Assembly: GCA_038496445.1 (NCBI GenBank)
Contig: JALMLS010000322.1
Coordinates: forward strand, 744,001-808,000
DNA: 64,000 nucleotides
Reading direction: 5' to 3'
Source: Trichosphaerium sp. ATCC 40318
Taxonomy: Eukaryota > Protista > Tubulinea
Within the stretch, counting starts at the first letter, position 1, and each line of letters starts with the position of its first letter. This document shows, one piece after another, positions 39,959-51,617 of the stretch. Below the pieces are notes generated by a model. The model searched no databases. It was not told where the DNA came from and worked only from the letters and a program-made list of their open reading frames with translations. Both the position numbers and the translations under genes were made by a program.

Positions 39959-40955
39959 ATACCCTTGTAGTTCAAACGCTTTGAGAAATGAAAAATAGAG
40001 TTAAAGGTTACATGCAAAATAAAGCGCTTTAATCATCCTTGGATTACTTTGTAATAAACAATAGATGTATTAAAAAATGCGTTGGCTTTTTACCCAACGG
40101 TTTTGAATGTAAAGAAGTACTTTTCCTTTTTGACTTCAGGCCATGACGGCCTTTTTTTATTCTAATGGTTCAATGAAACACTAGAATCTTTGCACTCCTG
40201 ACGAGTACTTCTCTATCTCCTCAAGGTGATCAAACCATAGTTACAAACAGTGCGCATTGATACGTATGCTACCACATGGTCGCTTTGTAAGTGAGGTTTT
40301 GTCTGAAAGAGAGATTTGCTCCTTTTTTTTCTCTTTATTCTGCTCACGTGATTTTTAAGACTCTACACGTGATACTTAACCACAACCATGCTATGTCACA
40401 GTGCGATTTTTTCTTCCACGTGATTGAATTGAAACGTATTTCGCTGAGATTGAATGGTAGATTTCTATGAGTGAAGCGTTTATTCCGCTTTTTCGGAAAA
40501 TTCCGAACAATCTAGTCAGTGATTCTTCAAACTTACAATTTAAATACCATTGAAGGTGTTGAACCTAAATATAAAATATAATGTCACACGCTATTAGAGT
40601 ACGTTATAGAAGCTATTACAAACAACAATGGTCCTTAAATAGGGTATTTAGGCACCTAAACTACTTAAAAAGCATCACGATACTCAATATAATACAAGGC
40701 ACGTGGTTGGAGTTGTTTTTAAGCTTGAGCGAATATAAAGCAAGTTATTTGACTTTTTTGACCTTAAATACACTCTTGACATCCTTTGCGAACAAGTGTA
40801 GGCACACCTACAACGTTATTGCCTATACGTATCTCGTTTGACAATCACGTTTTTTTACAAACAAGGTTTAGCGAAGTTGTGTTCTTTTTTCGGTTTTTTT
40901 ATTAACTACCTATCTCTTGCTACTATGCGTTCCTTTGTCTCATTATTTTCTGTAG

Positions 40956-42365
40956 GAAGCAGTTCTGTGATTTGCCTTCGGAGCTTCAGATGTATTTTTG
41001 CACATTCACTAAGGACGCGAATATGTTTTGGCCGGTAGTTTGTCGTTCGAGTGCTTTGGCTACGAGATTTGATGAACAATTTGAAAAGAAGGGCACATGG
41101 AGTTTTTGGCACGTCGGAGGATGGCTTCAGAGACAGCAGCAGTACAAGAATGGCGTAAAACAAGGAGAATATAAAGAGTGGGATAAGAATAAGCAAGTTT
41201 TAGAGCAGTGCTTTTATCTATGTGATAAGAAAGAAGGCGTATCAAAACATTGGCATTCTAATGGCCAGTTATCTATTCTATGTTCGTATAAGAATGGTAT
41301 GATACAAGGAGATTATACAAGCTGGCATGATAACGGTCAATTGAAAATTCAAACCTGCTGTAAAGACGACTTGAACCACGGTAACATTCTTTTCTTCTTT
41401 TTTTTTTTTTGTTCATCTTAAGTTTCTTACGAATACGTTTAGGTGAGTACAAGCAGTGGCACTCGAACGGTCAATTAGATATTCTGTGTTATCATAAACA
41501 TGGCAAAGAAGAAGGTGAATATCAGCAATACCACGAAAATGGTAGATTGGAGGTTCAATGTACTTGTCGAGGTGGTAAAGAAGAGGGAGAATATAAGCAA
41601 TGGCACAAGAACGGTACTTTACAAGTTCTTTGTCACGTCATGAATGACAAACGAGAAGGTACTTTTTGCCTTCATAACAATTTCTAGAAGCGTCTCTTGT
41701 TGTTTAGATGCTGATAATTTTATAAAAGGCGAGTTTCGTGAGTGGCATAGCAATGGACAGTTATTTACAGAGTGTATTTATAAGGATGATAAAATACAAG
41801 GTATTAATAGAAAATGGTTCGAAAATGGCTTGGCACAGGAGACCTGTCATTACGATATGGGAAAAAGGAATGGCGAATATAAGAGATGGTACAGAAATGG
41901 TGAATTATTCGAACACATACAATACAAGGACGGCAAACTTGATGGTAAGTCGATTTTTTTTTTTTTTTCAACATAACTTAACACTTTTTTCTAGGACTTT
42001 ACAAGCAATGGAATGATAATGGATTACTGCTAAAGGAGTGTTATCACGCTGAAGGAAAACTTGATGGTACGTTGGCTTGTTTTGTAAAAAAATATTATCA
42101 CGTGCTAATAAGAAAATAAGGAGAATGTAAAGTTTACAGAAACGGACATTTATCAATACATTGTTGGTATAAAAACGGTGTTTTCCATGGTCCTTACCAA
42201 GAATGGATGTATAGTATTTCAGGAAATGTAATTACAGAAAAGTATAGTGTATTCGAGAACGGTAAAAGTAGGACTATAAAAGATTTGTGGGCAGAAAATG
42301 AAGAACTACGAAAAAAAAATAACATTCTACAGAACCTGTTATCTCAACAAGACAGTGAAAAATAA
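40956..42365 (+). CDS. F-box-like + MORN_2/YwqK repeat protein with repeat-phased introns (first exon not identified)
   Basis: FCDLPSELQMYFCTF...ALATRFDEQFEKKGTW; exons 40956-41380, 41443-41658, 41729-41944, 41995-42066 and 42121-42365. Confidence 0.88.
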
Positions 42366-42527
42366 ATTCTCATCCCGTCCTGGCATGCCAAGAACGCCGT
42401 TGACGTTAAATAATTCGAACAATTTTTTTGAAACTTACCACGTGACTTTACAATACGATGAAAAAACCTTTTTACTTTCAACTATGTACAAAAATTCTAT
42501 TGCTGCAGGGAGAAATAGTACTATTTA

Positions 42528-43436
42528 TCATGTCTCACTTTTCTCTCCTTCCTTCTTTGTATCTTCCTCTGGAAGTTGTTTACCATTGAACAAAAAGTAT
42601 AAGGCTCTCATTGGTTGTTCTTCAACTTGAAGTGATCTAAATTACCGTTAAACATAACCACTAACAAGTCTTCTATGACGAAAAGGAGTGCAACTTAACA
42701 AAAACTGTTACTGTGTGTACGTACTTATCAATTTGTTCATCTGTAAACTCTTCCAAGCCGAAAACTTGTCTCATGTAATGTACCATAAAGTTATCGCTGT
42801 TAAGACCGTATAAAGATGTTTCATATCTTATTAACTGTTTTGTAAAGCCAAGATTTGGTTGAATTATGTCTCTCCTTTCCTTAACGTAAGTGAAGGCTTC
42901 TTTCAATGAAATGTTCTTTTGCTTCATTACGTATGACACTACAATTGTCGCTGACCGGCTTATACCAGCCTCGCCTATGTCTAGAAGTTAGTTTTGAGTA
43001 TTTTTGTCGTTTCTAACTCACAATGAACTAAAACAAAACCTCCAGCCTCTATTTCGCTATGAATAAACTCGTGAAGGTCTGGAATAAGCGTCAAGAGATC
43101 TGTTTCTGCGCTGTCTTCAACAGTCACTTGTTTCCCCTAAACCAAATTGATTTCGATTTAAAATTCATTGTAACGAGTTGAAATCGCCGTTACATACCTT
43201 AAAATCAGTTGCTAGCCATTTTGGTACAGGATCTTTTGTTATTGAAAGTACCGCTGTTACACCAGCGTTTTTAAGTAGTTCTATGTTTTGTATAGCCGCT
43301 CTACTGGCTAGTAGCAGCGATCCCTCAAAAATAACGCTCGCTTTTCGTTTTAGAAGATCAACTGGTCTATTTTCTAGTTACCTGGGAGTTGTCCTTTACC
43401 AGGGCCAATAGGACTTGTGGATTGGCCTGAGCCCAT
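42528..43436 (-). CDS. Dual-specificity protein phosphatase, putatively N-myristoylated
   Basis: MGSGQS start; spliced active site VLVHCEAGISRSATIV; RDIIQPNLGFTKQL. Confidence 0.92.
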
Positions 43437-43765
43437 CGTCAGTTCAGTTTATTCGGATTTCAGCACATTTTAAGTCAAACGACTAAGGCACGGTTTGCAG
43501 CCTGTAAAACGTGTCATCACTTATATCATTCGTGATATTATTGGCTACACTAGCGTTCACATTGGAATGCCAAACATAAAACAGTCAAGTACAGGAAGAC
43601 ATTTCTCAAAAAGTAGTCACGTGACATTGCAATGTAATTTACTCTGTTTTCCCCTTGTTGCTTTCGACCTATCCTTTATATACAATTTGTACTATCGTGT
43701 ATATAGGTAGGTTTAAGAAGAAACATAACCAAAACTAGCGATAAAACCACAAATCAATTGTTTAT

Positions 43766-44720
43766 TTAGAATAGTTTGTAAGCAAAACGTTTTTTAGCTG
43801 GTTTTGGGGATTCCTTACATGTGCTTGGTACATGAAAAACTCCGATAAATAACAATGTAGAGATTGGGAGATGAGATGACGAAGAATACATCAGAACCAT
43901 CCAAGAAAAAAAAAGAAAATTGCGAGGAAGTAAAGAACAGTACCTTAACATCATCAGCTGTAGGTGTTGCCAATTTCTTTGTAACTGTGTATCTTTGTTT
44001 AACTACTGCTCCTGAAACAGTGACATGGTAATCGATAGCGTCAATGCTACCATCTTTTCCAACAAATACAGAAACAATGGTACTTTGTTGAGGCCCAGCG
44101 CAAGCTAGAGTCCACTCAGTTCCGGTCTAAGTAATCTATCAATACACGTTCCAAAAAATACAGTGTTGATGGTTATTAAATAACGCTCTAAATGCATATG
44201 ATGCCAAAGAGTAGACGGGATTGTTTTAGATTCAAAAAAAAAGTTGCAAATCTTTTTGGAGTTACGCACGTGGGACCATGAGTCACATCCTGAATTTTGG
44301 GTATTTGGTTCAACGTCAACAGAACATTCACCTTTAACATTAATTACTGTTGTTGAGTTTTGTGTATCTAACGATACAACCGGACTTGATCCTTCTCCAG
44401 AAATAGTTACATTGGGAGAACTACATGAAAAAAAGGAATCAGCACGAAATTTCGTAAGAAATGTATGCAACATTTGTAAAAGTGGTTATGCTTCTTGTTT
44501 GGGTGTTAAACACTCCAAAGACGTACAAGCCTTGTTAATTCAGTTGTGCGAAAGAAAACGAGCTTAAGCTCTTACTACCGGCAAACGCATAGCTGCCTCC
44601 TGGGCTCGATGCCATACCAGTAAACTCAAATGCAACAGCGTCGAAACCTGGTGGGAAAGGGACCACTTGAGAGAGTGATAGAGCTATGAAGGCGAAGATA
44701 AGTATGGTTGTGAGTTGCAT
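43766..44720 (-). CDS. Small secreted protein, possibly ependymin-related (EPDR-like)
   Basis: Signal peptide MQLTTILIFAFIALSLS; beta-rich exons; C-terminal VFHVPSTC resembling the EPDR F..P..C motif. The family call is tentative. Confidence 0.55.
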
Positions 44721-45556
44721 TACTATCTAGATGACAATATTTAAGGCAGATAAGGAAGGTTAACAAATACTGTGAACATTCCCAAAGATATCGAATTTCG
44801 ATAAAATGGGTCTTAGTTAACTGAACGCCAAAAGCCGTGACATCTTTTTCAAATTACTGCAAGCTGTTGAACTTGTTGTTTTTTTAATATTCGTGTGAGT
44901 TGTCACAACACTGCTAAGGTTGATATCCATTGAAAATGCAGAAAAATAAAGTTGAAGCGGCTCAATTGTTTTTCAGTCACTAATCAAAGGGGTAACACAA
45001 TTGGTAGCTCCCTGATAAAGCTGCCAGTGATTGAGCTTTACAAATGATGTAAACATTACAGCTCAATGTGCTTTGCATCAAACGATCAGGATATTACTGA
45101 ATGGTAACTATCATTCGTAATTTATATGTTATTGGTGTATGCCTTTGGCTTCACTTGTAAGCAAAAGCTTCAAACAAAATTGACTGTCACATGTGCATGA
45201 CATTTTTCTCTAGCACGTGCTATAGCACTTGTTCCCTCCAGTAGCATCTTTGTTTGTGAACTTATCTGGTGACATTCGACTTCTTACTAGTACATCTTAA
45301 AAATACTATCACCGAACGGAAAGCTATGTTAGATGATCATGTAGTCTGATGCTGCTTGTACCTAGTTTAACCCAGTACAATGCCTACACCACGACCAAGC
45401 GGCATGGTATAAATGTTATTGTTATGGCTACTTGGAGGAAGAACAGTTAATGAATAGATTTTCCTCATAAAAAACGAAGTCACCGGTTGTATAAGTTAAG
45501 TCAAGCGAGTCACATTTTCCGGCCAAACTAATTTATGCGGCTGACTCAGCCAGATC

Positions 45557-46427
45557 ATGGCCACAAACACTAACAACACTCCCATGTTTCATGATGTTAA
45601 CTTCTGGAACAAAAAAGCAGGGACAATGTCAAAAAAGACTGTAGCGAACGTTTTCTTGCGTCAATACGTACAACACATTGTAAAAGCTATGCCAAAGCCA
45701 AAGGCCGGAGAATTAATACTAGATATTGGTTGTGGCGATGGAAATGGATTAATGGTACTCGAAGAAGTGTATGGAGACTGTGGTGCTTCGTTTCACGGCG
45801 TAGATATTGCTCCAAACATGATTGAATGGTGTAAAGAGTTGAAACTTCCAAACGTTAAAAAACTTGAGGTACCTACCACTTAACCGCTCTTCCTAACGCT
45901 TAGATAAGGTCCAAGATGCATGTAAGATGGATAAAGTACAATCTGAGATGTACGATCACGTGATTAGCTCTCTTTGTTTAGAATTCGTGAAAGATCATGT
46001 TACTGCATTCAAAGAAGTTTATAGAGTATTGAAGCAAGGTTCTAAGGCCTATGTTGTTGCATGGTCAGGTCAAACACCCTTTGATCCTATTCAAAAGATT
46101 GCAAAGAAAGTATCACCAGATAGTCGTAGGGCGAAGAGTCATTACGACAAACCTTACTTGAGTGACAAGGATTACTTTGAAGATGTAGTCAAACAAGCAT
46201 GGTTTTCTTCTTTTACGATTGAGAAAGTGGATGCTTGCTTCAAAGGGACCTTTGATGATTGGTATTCTCTTGTGGAGAATGAAAGCACAGGATGGTCTTT
46301 GTCCGAACAGAATATCAAGGGGTTGAAGGCAGCTTCAAGAGAAGTTATACAAGATTTATTTGGTATTGTTGATGGACAGTTCACTCAACAGTGTTCGTGT
46401 TGGTTGCTAACTGCCAGTAAACACTAA
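45557..46427 (+). CDS. Class I SAM-dependent methyltransferase
   Basis: ILDIGCGDG, GVDIAPNMI, YDHVISSLCLEFV and EVYRVLKQG; one short intron at ~45869-45908. Confidence 0.92.
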
Positions 46428-46678
46428 GCGTTACGGAACGTAGACTAATACTGTTATGTATTTGTTATCAAATAAAGCAACGTTTTAGATAATATCACGT
46501 GAAGTTCAACGATGGCATTTTGTCAAAAAAAAAAAAGTAAATCGCGAAATTGATTACTGTAGAAGCTTTACACCTTGGAAGAGGTGTGAAACTTACTCTC
46601 ACCTGCGAACAAACTTAAAAGCTGCACTTAACTTTTAATAAAAAAAGGGGAAAAGCGCTGTATTGACGTCTGAGCTCC

Positions 46679-47206
46679 ATGGAAAGAGAAAAAATATCCG
46701 GAAACGCCGTTTGGGAAGACAAATATGGCTACAGTAGAGCAGTTAAAGTAGATAAAACAATTTACGTGTCAGGAACAACGTCATTTGATAAATCCGGTAC
46801 AATAATCGGTAAAACTGCAAGCGAACAAGCAGGCCAAATATTTAAGAACATTTCTGAAGCGTTAGTAAAAGGTTGAAGTCATACTCATTTATTTCTTGTT
46901 AAAACCCTCTAAAATTAACTCTAGCTGGTTCTTGCATGCGTGACGTAGTGCGAACACGCATGTACGTTGTTGACATTCAAAAAAATGGCCAAGAACTCGG
47001 TTTAGCGCACGGTAAGGCTTTCCATGACACTAAACCTGCAACGTCAATGATTGGAGTAGCGTAAGTTAAGGTTTCCTAGTTGACACTCTAACGGAACTTC
47101 TAGAGGCTTACTCAAACCTGAAATGATCGTGGAGATAGAAGCAGTTGCTGTTGTATCACCCAAACACTATCAGGGAGAGGCTAACGAACCTAAGTTCGTT
47201 CAGTGA
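46679..47206 (+). CDS. RidA/YjgF/UK114 family protein (YjgH-like)
   Basis: WEDKYGYSRAVKV...IYVSGTTS, DVVRTRMYV, KPATSMIGV and MIVEIEAVAVV; two introns. Confidence 0.9.
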
Positions 47207-50200
47207 AACATTGTTTGTTTTTGAGTAAGAAAAAGAAAATTGAAAAAAAAGTGTATTTTTTCTTGCACCTCGTCGTCTTAAATACACACAAGATTGTCTT
47301 TAATAAATAAGGTCACCTAAACTATTAGTAATAAGATGTAATTGTTAGAAGGGCGAACTGTGAAGATTAAGAGGATAAAAGTTGATCAAAATAGTTTTTT
47401 GGTGTGGTACTTAATCCTGCCAGCTGATTTGAAGACTAACTCCTCGTATTTAGTAGCCTTATGGGTACGATTGGAGCACGTCCTTCACATTCTTGTAGCA
47501 TCATATATTGTTCAGTCATGAAATCATGTGATTTCTCTTGAAAAAAAAATTGAAAAACTATTTCGTCTACCTACTTGAGCAAGCCTTCTGCCTGCATTAT
47601 TGGTATATGTTCTAACAAGGTACAGTAAAAACCTGCCTACGTATTGCATACCTTTTTTGGAGCTATGCTGTTGCCTTGATGTTAAACCGTTCATGCTTTA
47701 AGTCACTTTTTTACATTTAAGTGTAGCTTTCCAAAAATCAGAAACATAGCACCATGTGTGGCTCTAGATTTAATTTAATAAGGTTTATACTGTGTAGTGT
47801 AATATATCGACGTTCTGATCACTTGCTTATAACTTAACGAAAGACCTAGAGTCTGTCCCAGATAAAACAGTATAGCAAAGATTAATTTCAATACCTCTAC
47901 GTTAAACCACCAAGGCCTGCGAAATAGTACTGGTGTTTCGAGTTTAAATACGCTGAAAAGTACCTATGTATACCTCTTATATGGCAGACCGCGTCAGTGA
48001 TACTACAAGACGAACATAGCTATACGTAATCATACTTTTTTTGTTGTTTTTTTTATAAACATTTACGTTCTGCATCTTAGTCTCGTTCGCCACTCAACAT
48101 TGATCGGCATGAGAAGATTTACTTCATTTATTAACGACCAACTAAACTAGAACAATCAACAATCACGTGACCTAACAATAAACCGTATCCTACCATACAA
48201 AGATAGTCAGATTAAATTCTTTACTTCACCGCAACATTCCTACTTGGACGTTCATTCGCCTTGAATACACCTCTAATGTAACTGATGCCTATTGTGGATA
48301 TATATACTATAACGGAGAGCAAGCGGTAGATGTTCCAGTGGAATCAAACTGAGAACGGGAAGAGAGCGACTTATTGCTTCTACAATAACTTCTCTGTTGT
48401 TTGTTGCACCACAACGTTACAGGCAAGCGTTAGATTTTGTTAAAGTATAACACGCATTTTGAACAAGTGCAACAGGGCATTAGTTCAACTCTTTACGTAT
48501 CACACTGGCGACTGGAGTAATCAACCGATAAATGTCTTTGTAGATAGTCCAGATGCAAAATCTACAGACAAGACCGCACGTACATTTGCCCTGAGCCCTG
48601 CAAGGTAATCTCTAGAGTGTCAAAACATATTTTAAACTTTTAGTTTTGTTCGAATTTCCCATGTTGCTCAACTTTGGGTAGGACCTATGTTGCTGTTCAA
48701 AAAAAAAAATTATTCGGAATCAATAGCGTTATTAGCCCTCTAAAAATCTTCAATAGATGATCAGTGCATGATCAGTGCCACCCAAGTTGCTTCTTGTGGC
48801 AGTTAAACCTTGTATGTTTTTTATCGGCGAATCTTAGATTCTCCTGCAAAAATCCGCTTCAAGAACATCGCTACTAGCCCCAACTCTATCACGGACACTA
48901 TTTCCGGCAAGGTACCACTTTTGCACATTTTTATATCTTTTTCTTTCCATCACTTGTTTTCCCTCTCACATGATCTTCAGGCGGTAAATGAAGTGAAAAG
49001 ACGTTACACAATTTCTACATTTTATGTGAGAGAACGACTATCTTTTGTTTTGTAGGAAGATACGAACCAATATCAGAATAACACGAAAAAGTTCTCTGGG
49101 CCATTCACTCTGACCTCTAGCTTGTTAATTTTAAAATTAAATGATGTCATTTATAAATCTGTTCAGGATGACCGGTTCTCTCCGGAACTTACCCTATCTA
49201 TAGTTCACGCCTATACCAACTGTGTATCAGTATTACAGCTCATAATAATTGACCAACCAAATATTCACTTGTGGCGAAAATCACGTGATTTTTTTTCATA
49301 GCAGATACCTCCAGGTACGCTTATTTCATAACGTAGTGTAAAAGTTTGGCTTCTCTCCATACACCGAACAAAAAAAAATTACAACTCACATTCAACAAGT
49401 TTCTATCACAAAGTTTTTTATTTCGGCTTTATCATAAAAGCCGTGTTTTTACATTCTGTTTTCAAACTTGAAAACCTGCTTGCGCATGTCTACAAGTCTT
49501 TACAACAACCGCAGGCAGTTCTATCTTCATGGCGAATGTCATCAGTGACGAAAAACATTCCAAATGGCTTTACGATTTTCAGCGAGGTACGCGGATGTCA
49601 TTGGAGCTACAAAGGCTCTAATCTGCATCTACACAAACTCTAAGAGGTAGATGAGTGTTTAAATCACCAGAATATGTATGGAGGTACCTTTATATGGTGT
49701 TTCACGCGCCCCTAGATGATTACTCTTCGAAAGAAAGAGAATAGAAGGAAATGCCTTTGGTGTCAAAAGAATAAGCTTGAGCATAGGTAAAGGATAGGTA
49801 CGTACGAGGCATGGTGTCAAAAGGATTCGTATAGTTGCAAATTAGAGTACTTGTATCAAAAATGGAGCTAACGCTTCTTGTTGTTTTGAGGAGGTGGTAC
49901 TGATGTTGAGATTTGACTATTAATAAATATCATTCACATGTACAGTAGACAACTGTGTCACACTTAACTAACCGTATTTTGCTTCTCTTTGTGTTCATAG
50001 CGATCTTTTCGTAAAATATCGTCATATCATTATACAAGGCAGGTTGTTAAGGAGGTACTATAGGTGTTGCTCTTCCAATCTTCTGTGTTTTTTTAATCTT
50101 TCGCAACCAATATTTCGTTCTCGTTGCTGACTGAGGTATAGTACACATTACTGTTACGTTGTTTTGTTGTACAGGAAGGGTTCGTTATCTCCAGTAAATT

Positions 50201-51063
50201 AAAAATTGCATACCTGCAGTATCTTCGTGCTCCACTGCGAAAAAATTTCGAAGTGTTTTTTCCACAGGTGAATTTAACGATCTGTTTGGCACATAGACTC
50301 AATAGTGTAGGATCAAGTCTTGTTAGCTTGAATACCACAAAACTATAAATGAAAGATACGAACCTATCTAGCCATAGTACCAAAAATTGGCTTTATTTCT
50401 GGCGTTGGTAATACAAAATACTTCTAAAATTAATAGTCCAAGCTTCTCACCCTTTACTCCTCAGAACCTCGTTTTAGTTACCCGCAGCTCATAACATCGT
50501 AGACAAGCTATGTAGAGTTCCTGTCTTGTACAAACCGGACACTTGGCTCGACTCGTTGAGCTGTCGCAAGTACACGAGCTTGAGTTTCTCGTTCGCGGCG
50601 TCTTGTCTAGAGTTTCTGCGTTGCTCTCAATAAGGTTGTAGGAGTTAATAAACGGCCAATGCCTCACTCAGAGGCTACCCGTGTATGAGGCTACCGAGAA
50701 AGTATCAACAGAGATAACAAAATTGTTTTCTTGTGAAGAAACGTCCCTAATGTCGGTCTACAGCGTTTTGTACAATTAACTAATTAAATCGCCTCTGTCG
50801 TTGGCTGGTTTCGAAAGGAACCTGAGGTCGACGGATATCATAGTAGGTACTAATTACGTAGTTCCAATTACGTAGCTTAGTTGACTCATTACGCAATGTC
50901 AACTCTGGTAGTAAGAAAATCTTGGTATCCACTTTGTTATTTGTACAGCGAGTGGGCATAGATATTAATAAAGTAGAACTTCGTAAAAATCGTATGTCTT
51001 CGGTGATCTCAGAGAAGGTGAAATAGAAATTAAGTGAACTGAACACTTTATTTAGCTTGGTAA

Positions 51064-51561
51064 ATGGAAGACAACAACGTTCTGTTTGTATTTACAGATG
51101 GCAGTGCTAACTCTCAAACAAAGGTGGGATACGGGTCATACCTGGCCATTACTGAAAGCGAGTTAAAGCTGCCACTTGAGACGTTAAAAGCTAAAGTACA
51201 AGTAAAGCGCTTTGAAGGCACGTCTTCAACGAAACTAGAGATACAAACCGTGATTTGGGCCTTTGAAGAGATTTTGAATCATACTGGGGCCGTTCAACTT
51301 TATACTGACTCTCAGAATATTACTGGGCTCAAAGAAAGGCGTCAGAAGATGGAAGAGCAAAATTTCAGAACAAAAAGCAACAAACCGCTCAACAACCATG
51401 AATTGTATCGGGCGTACTTTAAATACATAGATAAGCTCAATTGTAAGGCCTTCAAGGTGAAAGGACATAAAAAAATGGTTGACAAAGATGATATTGACAG
51501 AGTGTTCACGCTGGTAGATAGAGCGTCGCGTAAGGCTCAGAGAAAAGACAATGTAGCATAA
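51064..51561 (+). CDS. Ribonuclease HI-like protein, intronless, bacterial-type
   Basis: FVFTDGS, TKLEIQ, LYTDSQ, NHELY, KVKGHK and LVDRASRKA supply the four acidic catalytic residues of RNase H. Confidence 0.9.
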   Translation: MEDNNVLFVFTDGSANSQTKVGYGSYLAITESELKLPLETLKAKVQVKRFEGTSSTKLEIQTVIWAFEEILNHTGAVQLYTDSQNITGLKERRQKMEEQNFRTKSNKPLNNHELYRAYFKYIDKLNCKAFKVKGHKKMVDKDDIDRVFTLVDRASRKAQRKDNVA

Positions 51562-51617
51562 TAAAATTAAGACCAGCGTTTGACCGCTTTGAAAGCCAAC
51601 CAAATTGTATTACCACA

